From: Octopus vulgaris
Taxonomy: Eukaryota
Assembly (NCBI GenBank): GCA_951406725.2
Contig: OX597815.1
Coordinates: 158,720,001-158,784,000, forward strand
DNA: 64,000 bases
Direction of reading: 5' to 3'
A model generated the notes under the pieces. That model saw nothing but the letters and a program-made list of their open reading frames with translations. It was not told the origin of the DNA and searched no databases. A program made the position numbers and the translations under genes. Shown here one piece after another: positions 39,941-53,990 of the stretch (positions within the stretch are counted from its first letter, which is position 1; each line of letters opens with the position of its first letter).

Positions 39941-41126
39941 GGGATCTGGACAAAAGTCCCCTAGGAAAAAAGTCCCACGGACAAAAGATCCTCGGATAGA
40001 AGCCCCATAGTTAACGTGTGAAAGTGGACAAAAGCCCCACGGTTCTATTTTTCGATTATTTTTCGTTTTTTTTTTTCTTTTCACTCGTTAGAGTCATTAG
40101 ACTGTAACCATGCTGGGGCGCCACCTTGAGGTATTTTTAGTCGAATGTATCAACCCCAGTATGTATTTAAATGATTTTCAACCAGCACATGAAGTTAAAC
40201 CTAGGTCTCTCCACATGCAAGATATAACAGACAAATCTTAAAAAACAATTTTTAAAATAATTTCACGTAAACAAAAACGGAATTCGCGGGTGTAAAAAAA
40301 AACTTTTATTTTCCAAAATTCCAATTTTTAAGTAAACAAAATATATTCAATCGCAAAAACAAATAAGTAGAATAGAATAACAGAACACAAGACTCTTTAC
40401 TACTCGATGTACATATTGTGTGAATTCTAACAAAAGAGAAAGCAATTATTTCAAGAAATGTGTAGAAACATAAAAAAGATAAGAAGTACGTTTGAATGAC
40501 TAGACTTCGGTGTCATAATTCTGTTAGACCTTGAACGGTCGGAGAAAGTTCAAAAGGTCAGCTCATTCTCATTAATTTGTAAGTGTTGAGAGAAGAAAAC
40601 AAAAGACTTTAAATTCAAATTTTTAAATGCTAATTTTTATGACTAAAAATTCTTCAAGGCGGTGCCTTGAAGATAACTGCCTTTAAAATAACTGCAACAA
40701 ATAAAAAAAAATTAAATTCTGGCGTCGATACATTTGACTAAAAGAATTTCAAGGTGGTGCTCCAGCAGAGCCGCAATCTAGTAACTGCAGCAACAAATAA
40801 AAAATTTTTTAAAGATTCTGGCATCGATACATTCGACTAAAAATTCTTCAAGGTAATGCCCCAGCATGGCCGCAGTCTAATAACTGCAGCAAGTAAAAAT
40901 ATAAAATGAAAATTCTGGCGTCGATACGTTCAACTAAAAATTCTTCAAGGCGTTGCCCCAGCATGGCAATAGTCTAATGACTGAAACAAGTAAAAGGTTA
41001 AAAAAAAATAACCGAAAAATATAACCTGGGGTTTTTTATCCGATGGCTTTTTCGCCGATGGGCTTTTGTTCGTGGGGCTTTTGTCCTAGCAGGCTTTTGT
41101 CCTAGGGGGCTTTTTGTCCTACACTC
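39941..41126. mobile_element. MULE/foldback-like element with subrepeated TIRs
   Basis: Left end: ~15-bp units ggacaaaagcccc. Right end: their reverse complement ggggcttttgtcc. No clean TSD seen. Confidence 0.6.
40635..40997 (+). repeat. Tandem array (~4 x 75-100 bp) of the SINE family A 3' end
   Basis: Repeated ttctggcgtcgatacatttgactaaaaattcttcaaggcggtgccccagcatggccgcagtctaataactgc. Confidence 0.8.
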
Positions 41127-41445
41127 GACCTTCCTACATGCATACATATTTTGTTCGAGGTTGTAGAAATACTTGGGTTCGTATCTATTCAAGTAAATTA
41201 TAAGCATTAGAAAACTGCGGTAGAAATAGTCTGTGCTTATGTTGCTTTTGCTCGAAACTGGATATTTGACTATGGATGTTAGAAAGTGACGGAGAAATGT
41301 ATATCACTATATGATCCAATGACGTTTAGATGTCACCTTGATAAGACGTCTATCATCTGATGAAGTAATCATACAGATATACATACGTATGTATACACAC
41401 ACACACACACATACATACATATATACACACGCACACGCACTTACA

Positions 41446-41502
<57 letters not shown>

Positions 41503-41792
41503 CGTTATCTCTTTTAAGGGTTCTCTTTTTCAGAGAGAAAGACTGAATAATAGGATGAAAGAATGTGTAAATGAATGAATGATTAAATGTGTATGTATGT
41601 ATGTATGTATGTATGTATGTATGTATGTATGTATGTATGTATCCATGTATGTATGTGTGTATATACATACATACGTATATATGTGTTGCGTGTGCGTGTG
41701 TGTACACATACAGAGATAGACAGATATATATATATATATATATACATATGTGTGTGTATACATGGAGAGAGAGAGAGGAGGGAGAGAGAGAG

Positions 41793-41823
<31 letters not shown>

Positions 41824-42499
41824 GCCAAGCAAACAGAGAAGAGGAAAATAGAGAAAAGAAAGACTATAAAATAAATGGAAAAGGGGAAAAATGAGAAATT
41901 TAGGGGATGATTAGGGGAATAGAAATAAGAAGGGGTAGGAGTGTAATAAAGATAATGAAATAAAAACTCAACTAAACAAGAAGAGAAGAATATTAGAAAT
42001 TAAAACGAATGGGGGGAGGGTTGAGAGAGAGAGAGAGAAAATGTGGTACGAGAGGGATAAAGCGAAATCGAAAAACTAGTGAAAGAATCTCAGTAGGAAA
42101 AGCTTTATCCATTACAATACATTAACACACAAATATTGCACCACTTCAAACTATGCATATAGCCTAGGGGTTTTAGCAAATTTCAGACCCTGAAGGAAGA
42201 AATATATTAACCCTTGGGTCACTGGTTTCGTGTCAATTATTAATAAGTGAGTCACCGTTAATTATTGAATTGAACTTTAAGGGTCAGGGCAAAGTGTGAG
42301 CAGTCTATGGTGTGTGAGTTAATGCGTTTGTGTGGTAGATTTATGTGTAGATTGAGGGGGGGTTGGCGAGTCTATGCACACATACATATACATACGCGCA
42401 TGCACGCACACGCATGTGTGTGTGTGTGTGTGCATGCATGCGTGTGTATGCGTGTGTATGTACACGCATATATAGTGCAATATACGAATGTGCCAATGT

Positions 42500-42531
<32 letters not shown>

Positions 42532-42554
42532 GTATATATATAAATATATATGTA

Positions 42555-42655
<101 letters not shown>

Positions 42656-42799
42656 TCGTTAATGCGAGCATGTGTGTACTCCCGTTCACACAGACTTATA
42701 TGCGTACACATATACAAGCACAATATGTAAATGCAGCTTTCCTTACATACGTATGTATGTATGTATGTATGTATGTGCATGCCAATCCATCTGAATATG

Positions 42800-43900
42800 G
42801 AGACGCAGAAATACGCTTGGTCGGTGTCAGGGTTGCGCAGGAAAACCACCGGCGTAATTTTACTGCGAAGTGTCTCTGTCAAATGACATTATCTGTCATT
42901 TGTCTTTCCATCTCCCGTAACTTCTATGGAAGTGGATGAGCAGCGGCCTGTGCAGGCCTAGCCAGTTGGAAGTGCATAGTTCCAAATCTGTACACAGGCT
43001 CAGAAGACTTATCCCAACATCGATGTTGGTTTTTTTTCCCCGTGACAGAGATCAACTCCAGGGGAAATTCTCGTGACTGAGCAGCTTCCTTTTAGGTTGA
43101 GTACTGCTCGTCCAAATTCCTGAGAAGATGCTAGAAAAGGTGCATTGAGCATTGCCTGTCGCGTGGACACTAGTTAACTCCCCGCTGCTAATGGTACTTC
43201 ATTCAAGCAAGAACAGGAAAGATGAAAGTCGTAACAAAATATTTGCAAAAGATCGCGATAAGCTCATTATATGCTGCTAGAACATTAGAGCTCTACCGGA
43301 CCAAACTTCATCTAATCGTTCTGAACGAAGAACAGCACTTGTGGCTAAAGAACTTCAAAGACTGCTCATGAATATTGGTTTTAAACTTTGGCACAAGGCC
43401 TGCAATATCGGGGGATGGGGTAAGTCGATTGCATAGGCTCCAGTATTCAACTGGTTCTTATTTTATCGATCCCGAAAGGATGAGAGGTAAAGTCGACCTC
43501 GATGGAATTTGAACTCAGAAGGTAAATACGGACGAAATGCTACAACGCATTTTGCCTGGTGCGGTAACGATTCCGCCAACTCGCTGCCTTAATGCTCATA
43601 AATATTGCAACTTTATCTGAAACACGTCTCTCCGGAGAAGATCAGGTTACTGAAGTATCTTCGGGTTACACACATTTCTGGGTTGACAAACCAAAAAGGT
43701 GAACGACAAAAAGGTGGTGTCGGTTTTGCGTTCAGAACAACTTTGGTGGAATCTTTGGAGTGTCTTTTAGTATCAAGATCGTATAATGAAGCTTCGCTTC
43801 CCTCTTTCATGTAAACGTTACGCAACAATCTTGTTAATTTATGCGCCAACTCTTCAAGCCAATGAAAAAAACTATCTATAACTCAATGAAAATCTTTGGT
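42800..43900 (+). mobile_element. RTE-type LINE 5' region (5'UTR plus decayed AP endonuclease), interrupted by a SINE
   Basis: RSERRTALVAKELQR..NIATLSETRLSGEDQVTEVSSGYTHFW..KPKGERQKGGVGFA are APE N-terminal motifs; 5' boundary uncertain. Confidence 0.8.
43378..43592 (-). mobile_element. SINE family B with 15-bp TSD
   Basis: TSD tgctcatgaatattg (43363-43377) / tgctcataaatattg (43593-43607). Confidence 0.88.
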
Positions 43901-44107
43901 ATGTCAACCAATATCTGAAATCCCACAATAGAACAACTGTATGCAGCGTTCTCCTTCCTAGATTCGATTTATGTAGTATGTGGAAAGTCTTATAAGACGA
44001 TTTCGGGACTGAAGAAACATGGGAGTTCATAGAGAGAATATCTCACTATGTATAGATTTATGGATATATATACATACAAACATACATACATACATACATA
44101 CATACAT

Positions 44108-44213
<106 letters not shown>

Positions 44214-44561
44214 TAATAAAACAAAATAATTTATACAGATTTATAAATAGCACTCAGCTTCTGTACTAAATACAAAGTTCGAAATTTTTCAAATACCAGA
44301 GATCTTTATATTGAATCGCATCTATTTGGCGAAGAAATTATAAGAATTTTCAGCTATATCTCCCTTAAATTGCCAATCAGTCGAAAATATTTCAATATAA
44401 CGTTTATTAAATACACGTGATTTTGAAGTGGGGGGAAAAAAATAATTGACAAATAAAAATAACAAAGGCCGAATGTTATAGTAACTTAAAAAGTGTGTAT
44501 TTTTTTCATTAAATTAATTTTGCAGGTGCCTTAACAGATGTTTAACCGAAAAAAATGTAAT

Positions 44562-44657
<96 letters not shown>

Positions 44658-45389
44658 ATAAGATCAATATAAAAAAATAAAAACAAGAATAAGGAACTGT
44701 TGATTTCATTTTTTAGGAAAATATTTCTTAACGCTGATAGAAATTATCGTTGAGGTATGAAGATATTTGTTAGTACAATGGATCGCATTTCTTTTCTAGT
44801 TAAAATAAGAAAAGCTATTTAGTACACGGAGAAGTTGATACAGTTGTTGACAGTAAATTTCATCGGCAATGTTTTTTGTAATAGTTTTAATTCTATTCAC
44901 GAAACTCATCTCAGTACTAAGCAAAAAGCAAAAAAAGAAAGAAAACGCCCTTACGAAGAATATTCACTTTTAGTATTATTATTTTGGTAAAACAAGGCTG
45001 TGTAGCAAAAGAATCGGTACGGAGTCGGAAAAAGTATGTTTCATATTCATTCTTAATCCAAATACCCCTGAGAAAGGCGTTTACTTTTCTCTTTACGCAT
45101 TCGATAAATAAAGTTCCAGTAGAGTTGTAGGATTAATATAAGCGGTTGCTCCCCAACAAAAAACTGCACCGATATAAGTAACCGATATTATAGTAGGTAT
45201 CCTATCTTAAATCTCCAGATTCTAACGACCGATTATCTCAATCTTTCAATATTCAATCTTGGCATTCAAAAGAAGTACTGCGCATATACGATGTTTATAT
45301 AGAAAATAATGTAAAAGGTGTGCATAACTTTTGTATTAACTAAGATAGGTAGTTTGAACTGGACATAGAATAAATCCTCCTCTATATAA

Positions 45390-46550
45390 AAAAACAAAAC
45401 TATACAATATAGTCTCCATCATAGGCAGTGTATTTGTGCCGTCGTTTGACCTAACTGTCGAATCTTCTCCCCCAAAACTCAGATGACCACAGTTGCATTT
45501 ACTTTTTCCCAAGCACTTTTACCCCATCTGTGTCATCAAATCGTTCTCTGCGAAGACTGTCCTCCATTGGATCGAAAAGGTGGAAATTGGAAAGGTATCA
45601 GATCCAGGCTTTATCACGGGTGGGGAACTATTGCCTCTTATTTCTCCATTGCCTGATTTGTTGCCAAAAATGTGTGTGGTCGCGCATTGTCATAATGAAT
45701 GTTGATCGTCTTCAGAGTGTTGTTCTCCCTCCCAGAGGCTTCTCTCAGTTTCTTGATTATTTCAATGTACCGATCGGTGCTCACGGCACATCCACAAAAT
45801 CAAAGAGAATGACGCTTTAAACATAAAGTCACTTTGGCTTTCTGTACCGATCGCTGAATTTTGAGGGTCTTAGGCCTCGTAGAAGAGGTGTGAAAACAAT
45901 CCATAGGCTGAATCTCTGTTTCCGATTCATAAAGATACGTCCACTTTTGATTTCTTGTCACCAGACCGGAAAAAATACTTATTTGAACTGGCTTCGAATG
46001 CTTCCAGCAGATCACAGCAAACTTTCAAGTTTCGCTCCCTCAAACTGAATGTCAACTACCGAGGTACCCATTTTGCACACACTTTCCTAAACTCAAAGCC
46101 TTTCATCATCTTTAATACAATGTGACCACAGAGCATTTGTGCAGGAAGTTCACGGATTGTTATTCGTCTGTTCAAGTGAATAGTTTCTTCCACTCGCGGC
46201 AGTTCGTGTCAGTGGTCGTAGTTGATGTTATCCCATGCCGTGGCTTCTCTTCAATGCTGGTTTCACCTTCTTTAAACTTCTTTATTAGTCTTTGCACAGT
46301 GCTCTTGTCACTGGCGTCCTCTCTGTAAACAAACTGTAGACTTCTGTAAATGTTGGACAGCTTGCATTCTTTCTTTATTGAGACACTATCGGCACGTTGC
46401 TTACATTTGGAGGCCATTATTTGCCTGCACTGAAGAAGAACAAAGAATACCTAAACTGGACGAGTTACTCTACCAACATGTGCAATTTGAACGACCTGTG
46501 TCAGTTAATAAAAAACGTTATGCCCTGTTTTGCATTAATTTCGGTACTCC
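45390..46550 (-). mobile_element. Decayed mariner transposase, nearly full length
   Basis: Minus-strand frames: STVQRLIKKFKEGETSIEEKPRHG, CAKWVP, LVTRNQKW (VTGDEKW-like), IHYDNARPH, NFHLF; many frameshifts. Confidence 0.85.
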
Positions 46551-47029
46551 CTTCTATATTCACATGCTCCCACATATAATCGGCTGCAAATTCATGTATT
46601 ATTCAGTCCCTTAACTTTCCTGAGTTATTTGCAAATGTCAATGAATGGTGGAAGGATATAGATGTTTGTTTTTTTTTCTTTTTTTCTGCGTTGATACTTT
46701 CACTTATAGAAAAAAAACATGCAAAACAAACAAGCAAACAAAAAATACCATCCTCAATTATAGCCAACAGTATGATTAAATATAATCAATAAAATTCAAG
46801 GAAATTAATTGTTGTCCGTGTCAGCAAGATTCAATACAGAAAATAGCAAAAAGAGGAAATTTGTTAGTGTATCGCGAGGAATGGAAAATTAAACTTTTCA
46901 ACGGGGTAAACTTTCCAGTAAAGGAAATTGTGTCTCCTGCGAAGATCTCCACATGAAATGATAATCCTTATTTTCCTCATGGTATCCCTACAGTTGATGG
47001 TACTCAACTTTTGATCATCTCTTTTATAG

Positions 47030-47182
47030 CTGTAGGCAAAATGCCTGCAATTTGGGGGTAGGGGTTAGTCGGTTATATCGACCCCAGTACTCAACTGGTA
47101 CTTATTTCATCGACCCTGAAAGAATGAAAGGCAAAGTCGACCTCGACGGAATTTGAACTAACGGTTCTGCCAGTGCGCTGGC
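47030..47182 (-). mobile_element. SINE family B
   Basis: atcgaccccagtactcaactggtacttatttcatcgaccctgaaagaatgaaaggcaaagtcgacctc. Confidence 0.8.
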
Positions 47183-47896
47183 ATCTATGATAGTTTAAAG
47201 TGGGATTTCAACCACTTAAACTTATTTTCATATATTCAGCATACTTTTGTCATAATATTTTCGATTATTACTTATAATTTAATGTGTTTTACTGCATTTT
47301 AAAACTTGCTGCATCTTATATGCTTGGGAGGTATTTGAATGATATATATATATATGTCAATGCTGAATCTATACGATGGAAACCAATGACTGGCTTCATA
47401 TCAATATCTAAATTGTACATCGTGGTTACAATAGATATATAATACACATTACTGATGGAATACGATATACATATATATATATATATATATATAATGCAAA
47501 TGAAGCTAAAATGATAATTTTATAATTTAAGGTTTATTAACACCCTTTATTACAAAAAATTGATAAACACAAATTGAAGAGCTTAAAACCCATAGAGTTG
47601 TCTCCCCTTATTCACAACACAGGAACTGGACTACTACTACTTCCTGTTTTGCCATGCACTTAAGAGACACCCTTAATTAAATTAAACAACACATGGATTT
47701 AATCCCATTGAATCTCAATACTTCAAGGTAATTTTTTCGTGAACAATCATTAAACTCAAGATACACAAAGACTTTACAATGTATCGGAGTACCTATTTTA
47801 AAATTTTTGTATATATTTATTTTTATTTTTTTGCAAAAAACAATGTAATTTTCTTTTTTCCGAATCTTCACATTTAAAAAAATTTCTTTTCTTTAC

Positions 47897-47938
47897 AGTT
47901 CTTGAAAAGTCACATTATGACGAAAACTGGTTTGAATT
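47897..47938 (+). ncRNA. Hammerhead-like motif, U3-A8 variant
   Basis: AGUUC UUGAAAA GUCA-CAUUA-UGAC GAAA ACUGGU UU^GAAUU; 5-bp stem I, 4-bp stem II. Confidence 0.6.
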
Positions 47939-48093
47939 AATATATATATTTTACCAATTTTTCAAAAACTTTTCCATACACCCATTTTCATTAAAATTTT
48001 CTTTCAATTTAGCATTCTGCCTTTTTACAATTTTTCCTTGCTTATCATTTCTCCACGTGCGGTCAACACAACCCCACCATTTATTGATCTATC

Positions 48094-48128
<35 letters not shown>

Positions 48129-48269
48129 GACGGAAATTTATTTGGATTTTTAATAAACTAAATTTTTATTCTTTCCATAAACCAAACGCAAATACTATCG
48201 TTACTACGAACAACAAAACATCGAGAGAGTTTTGAGTGTTATGAATACCTTGGCATACTAGAGTTCACT

Positions 48270-49570
48270 GAAATCATGGAGAAAAAAATGAAAGAATAGC
48301 TAAGAAAAAAATATTTCCGAAGACTTAGATTGGTGTTGCGCTCAAAGTTGACTGGATGGAATAAAATCCAAGCAATAACTATATGGTATCACTTTGGTAT
48401 GGAACTGGAATCATAAACTAGCAAAAGAAAGAACTGACGAGTGTAGATACGAAGACACGGAAACTATTGACTGTGCATGGAGCATTCTAACCCAAGAGTG
48501 ACGGAGATAAGTTGTAGTTGTCCAGAAGGGACGGTGGGAGACGTTTGATCAGTTTCCAGGATTGTAGTGAGTCAAAGGAAAACAGTTTAGGGTGGTATGT
48601 AAAAAATGCAATGGAACCATTGTTGATGAATGAGAAGTTCGGCGCCATCAAAACTGATAATTGTGTTAAGAAAGAGAAATTTAAAGAGGAAAAGACCTCA
48701 GAAAAAAAAATGGTGTGGAAAGGAAAAAAGTGCATGGTTAGTTTGCAAGAAATGCGAGTGCAAAGACAGATGCAGAAGGCTGGTTGTTACGGATGCGGAA
48801 AAGTGACTTGAAGATAGAAACAGAAGCACTTGTATGGGCGGCACCAGAACAAACATTGGAGACAAACTAATGTGATGTACAGGATTGATAACATAACTGA
48901 GAGCGGCAAATGCAGAATGTGTGATGAGAGGGGCGAAACAGTGTGGCACATTGTTCGTGAATGCCCGAAATTGGCTCAGCGTGAATACAAAAGCTGATAT
49001 GATAATGCAGAAAGAATGAGCCACTAGGAGCTCTGTGTAAACTATAGCCTAGAAAGATCAAAGACGTGGTATGCCCAAATCTCAAAGGGAGTTTACTGAG
49101 AATAAATATTGCAAAATCCTGTGGGATGCAGTGTTTCAGTGTGACCATCACAGGAGGCACCAGAAACCTGGTATTGTTGTGGTGTACAGAAAAGAAAAAA
49201 ATAGCATACCTGATAATCGACATAGTATGTCTTGCTGACAAGAAAGAAGAGAAAGAAGAATAAAAAGTGAACAACTATGATGAATTGAAGTGGGAAATAC
49301 ACTGGTTGTGGGCAATTAAGACAGTTGAACGTGATACCAGAAATTATTGGCGCTCTTGGAAGTATCAGCACTCAACTACCAGCGTGGCTCAAAACGATTG
49401 GTACGAGTGTAAAAATAGAACACCTACAAAAATCTTCTTTGCTTGGAAATGAAAGAGTTCTCCGCAGGGTTCTTGAAGCATGGTCAGTAAACAAGTGTCA
49501 CCTTAGTCTGCTGGCTGTGAGCAGCTGACCTTTTTCATCATATCCAGCAAAATAAGTTATGAGTTTTCAT
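48270..49570 (+). mobile_element. R4/Dong-type RLE non-LTR retrotransposon, 5'-truncated and decayed
   Basis: LRLVLRSKL, DTKTRKLLTVHG, SRRDGGRRL, CCHC knuckle CRMCDERGETVWHIVREC, IIDI, IIGALG, LQKSSLLG; followed by (TAA)n. Confidence 0.85.
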
Positions 49571-49574
49571 GAAA

Positions 49575-49910
<336 letters not shown>

Positions 49911-50984
49911 AACGAAAAAATGTTATCGACTGCTTGAGATAGAGAAGTGTAAGTGTTGTTTGTGAATTTGTAACAGTAGAAGTTAGAAGTAGCCAGAAGC
50001 TTCAGAATAAAAGAAATGAAAAATTTTGTTTATTTCGGTATTAAGACGAAACTGTCTGAAGTGGTCTGAATGAGACATCTGCTAGGACAAGTCTAATTAA
50101 TAATATCTTCCTTGACGTTCAATTGGTGTTTTTGCAACGAACAAATATAGTTGTTTGCCTTTCAAATTTGCTATAATATAGTCGTTCGTTTGTTAAACAA
50201 GACAAGTAAAGATGGCTACTTTTGGCTTTGCTTTTATTAATCACGTGGTCAGGTCTTAGCTATCTCTTCTTCCCCTCACTAAGGAGAGACTAGAAATAGA
50301 ATGTGATGATTTACAATCACTTTACTTTATCCTACGTCCACACACCTTTTTTTCCTATCTCATTCCCTCATCAATTCCTTCAATTGCACCCCTATGCATA
50401 CACACACACACACATACACGTATGCACTCATACGCACACGTACATTCGCATAGACATGCACTCTCTCAGTCCGTCATAGGTAGGCCTTTTCTTTCTTATG
50501 CAATCAACTACTCATACATACACAAACATACATACATGCATGCATACACACATACGTATACATACATACATACATACATACATAAGCATACACTCAACTT
50601 TTATATGCATATTTACATAAACAACACACGCATATAGAGATTCTCACTAATTTTATCAATCATTTATGCATGCACGCATGCGTACACGCATATACACACG
50701 CTCTCACTCACTACAACACTCACAAACTCCTTCTTAACTATAGACTCCTCCACTCATTCGCATACAAATATTCGCATATAAGCATATAAACAGCCATACG
50801 CATGCGTGTACGCACACACGCACACATACAAGAACAAAACTCACGCATACACAAATACTCTCTCGCTCATTTATCCAAGTGTACCCACCTTCACTAACTC
50901 AGCCACTCACTTAATCACTCACAAACATCACCGATTAATATACATTGTACACACGTTGTGAGCATACAAATAACTCACCATTTA

Positions 50985-51363
50985 TTCTTTTATTCTTCTA
51001 CTTGTTTCAGTCATTTGAATGCGGCCATGCTGGAGCACCGCCTTTAGTCGAACAAATCAATCCCAAGACATTCTTTGTAAGCTCAGCACTTATTCTATCG
51101 TCTTTTGCCGAACCGCTAAGTTATGGGAACGAAAACATACCAACATCGGCCGTCAAGCAATGATTGGGGGACAAAACGCAGACACCTCGTAACACACACG
51201 TGGGTACTGAGGATAAATATGTGTTCACATTCGGTTGTAAAAAGTGTGTTACTATCTGAGAGATCTTTATTGTTGTAGAAAAGGCATTTAACTCCTATTT
51301 CTAAATTCGGTGTGTGGCGAAGCAATAAGCTGACCCCTGATTATAATTATGCTTATAATTATA

Positions 51364-51396
<33 letters not shown>

Positions 51397-51557
51397 ACGG
51401 GCTTCTTTCAGTTTCCGTCTACCAAATCCACTCACAAGGCTTTGGTCGATCTGAGGCTATAGTAGAAGACACTTGCCCAAATTGCCACGCAGTGGGACTG
51501 AACCCGGAACCATGTGGCTGGGAAGCAAGCCTCTTACCGCAGAGCCATGCTGCACCT
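50985..51557 (-). mobile_element. SINE family A, full length, interrupted at its internal microsatellite by ~160 bp
   Basis: 3' half at 50985-51200, 5' half at 51395-51557. Confidence 0.8.
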
Positions 51558-52089
51558 ATTTATTGGTCGTCTCGGGGCTATAACAGAACACACGTTATTT
51601 ATTTTCCCATTACATCTCATATAACATATTTCTTAATCTTATAGCTTTCTTCCGCAAACGTATTCATGAAGAAAGAGAGGTGAAATACGTTGTTGCAAAT
51701 ATGGCTTTGTGCTAAAGAATTAAGTGCTGTGACTATGTAGTTCTTAGTTGCATTACAGTGGCACGTTGAATAACTCTGAATTGTGCTTATAAGGCTTCAT
51801 CAGTAAAGTATAGACTTCGCCGCATTTTCTGACGCAGTGTAAAGGGTATTATTAAGTAGGTTACAATACTGTACGAGTATAGGCCTGAAAACATATACTA
51901 ACAAACATATGTACGTTACTGAAATAGAGCGATGAAATCTATATTTTTGCCAATAATGCTGACGAAGTGAGCCGGGTACATTTTGTTGCGTAACAGGGCT
52001 TTAGAGTCACGGAATTTCAGGTAGCTGGCTTTCTCAAACACTTGTACCTTATCATATAAAACATAAATATCAGCAATGCTACATATATG

Positions 52090-52244
52090 TGGCTGTGTGG
52101 TAAGTAGCTTGTTAACCAACTACATGGTTCCGGGTTCAGTCCCACTGCGTGGCATCTTGGGCAAGTATCTTCTGCTATAGCCCCGGGACGACCAATGCCT
52201 TGTGAGTGGATTTGGTAGACGGAAACTGAAAGAAGCCTGTCGTA

Positions 52245-52317
<73 letters not shown>

Positions 52318-52533
52318 GTGTGTGTTTGTGTGTCTGTATTTGTCCCCCTAGCATTGCTTGACAACTGATGCTGGTGTGTTTACGTCCCCGTCACTTAGCG
52401 GTTCGGTAAAAGAGACCGATAGAATAAGTACTGGGCTTACAAAGAATAAGTCCTGGGGTCGATTTGCTCCACTAAAGACGGTGCTCCAGCATGGCCACAG
52501 TCAAATGACTGAAACAAGTACAAGAGTACAAGA
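52090..52533 (+). mobile_element. SINE family A, full length (tRNA head, CORE-like cttgggcaagt, internal (TA)n(TG)n)
   Basis: A box tggctgtgtgg, B box ggttcagtccc, tail (tacaagag) repeats; more than 10 homologs in the window. Confidence 0.9.
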
Positions 52534-52590
52534 GAGATATGAAAAAACGAGTCAAGATAGAAAATGCTAAAATAATTTTATAAAGAACAT

Positions 52591-52633
52591 TTCAGTACTG
52601 GTTTCGGTCATTTTGAGACCTTTTCAACTGTAA
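52591..52633 (-). ncRNA. Hammerhead-like motif, U3-A8 variant
   Basis: UUACAG UUGAAAA GGUC-UCAAAAU-GACC GAAA CCAG UA^CUGAA. Confidence 0.65.
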
Positions 52634-52962
52634 CGATTAAATAATTAAATTTAGAAAAATTAAAAGAAAAGTTTTTTTAAAGGAATATTTGTATAGTGTT
52701 CAAATATAAGTGGCATTTTCCTTGTTTCTGCTTTCTCTGTCTCTCTTGTTTACACTTGTGGGTTCGAGGGCGTTGTGAATTCTTGGTAGGGTAGAAGAAG
52801 AAGAAGAAGAAGAAGAAGAAGAAGAAGAAGAAGAAGAAGAAGAAGAAGAAGAAGAAGAAGAAGAAGAAGAAGGATGATGAGGAGAAGGGGTGGGAAAATT
52901 TGGGAGTGCCTTGATTGTCGTATTTTGAATGGTCATTGGCGGCTAGCAGTTGCAGTTCAATT

Positions 52963-53010
<48 letters not shown>

Positions 53011-53169
53011 TACATATATATTTATGTGTATCCGAGCGCGCACTTGTGTGTGTGTGGTGCGTGTGTACCAGTACATCTTTGAAGTCGATGAAATGAGCAG
53101 CAGTACAGGATTGGGATCAATTTAATCAACCTACCCTTCCTCTGAAATTCGAAGGATCTTAGAAAAGCG

Positions 53170-53548
53170 ATTGTGTGGTTAAGAATTTTCGCTTGGAAAC
53201 CACGTTATTTCGGGTTCAATCCCGTCGTGCAACAACATGGGTGTGTTTGTTCTGCTATAGCCTCTACCCGACCAATACCTTGTGAATGAATTTGGTAGAT
53301 GGAGACTGTATAAAAGCTCATCGTGTTTGTGTGTGTATGTGTGTGTGTGTGCGTGTGAGTACGTGTGTATGTATGTTTGTGTTTCACCACGGCCACCACT
53401 TGACGACAGGAGCTGTCGGGCAAATTCATTGATAGAATAAGCACCAAACTTCAAAATAAAATAAATAAATAAATACTAATGTCAATTTGTGCAACAAAAT
53501 ACTTCAAGATGGTGCCTCGATATGGTCGCAACCCATTGATTGAAACAA
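53170..53548 (+). mobile_element. SINE family A, diverged
   Basis: ttgtgtggttaag..gggttcaatccc..ccttgtgaatgaatttggtagatgg..gattgaaac. Confidence 0.75.
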
Positions 53549-53859
53549 AAAAAGAAAAAAAAACATATTAAGATTAGTATTTGCAGAAAGGAGGAGGTCA
53601 AAACACCCACACCTTTGACAGTATGATAACCATTAGACATGTCCATCACACGACATGTTAATCGATTTATTAAAACATATTCATATGTCTTTTCCAACGT
53701 GCTCACGTACATACGCACGTATGTACACATGCATACAAGCACGTACATACACGCCCGTAGATACAGCACAAACAGGCACACACATGCATATATATATATA
53801 CATACATACATACACACATATATATATATAAATGCACATATATATGCATATTACTTATT

Positions 53860-53890
<31 letters not shown>

Positions 53891-53945
53891 TCACACACAC
53901 ACATATATATATATGTGTTTACAAATTTACACATAAACATATGCA

Positions 53946-53990
<45 letters not shown>

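Noticed and set aside
40635-40997. CRISPR-like appearance of spaced repeats
   Set aside because: Contiguous diverged SINE tails with no unique spacers and no cas genes; eukaryotic context.
48434-48456. CTGACGAG...CGAAG hammerhead-like string
   Set aside because: Inside the LINE coding frame; lacks A15.1 and stems I/III.
51950-52030. CTGACGA..GTGA..TCAC GGAA..GTA hammerhead-like remnant
   Set aside because: GAAA is mutated and stem I is out of register; too degenerate to call.
52090-52150. tRNA genes in SINE heads (also 2190-2259, 57347-57420, 63870-63930)
   Set aside because: A/B boxes are present but there is no full cloverleaf; most continue into SINE bodies.
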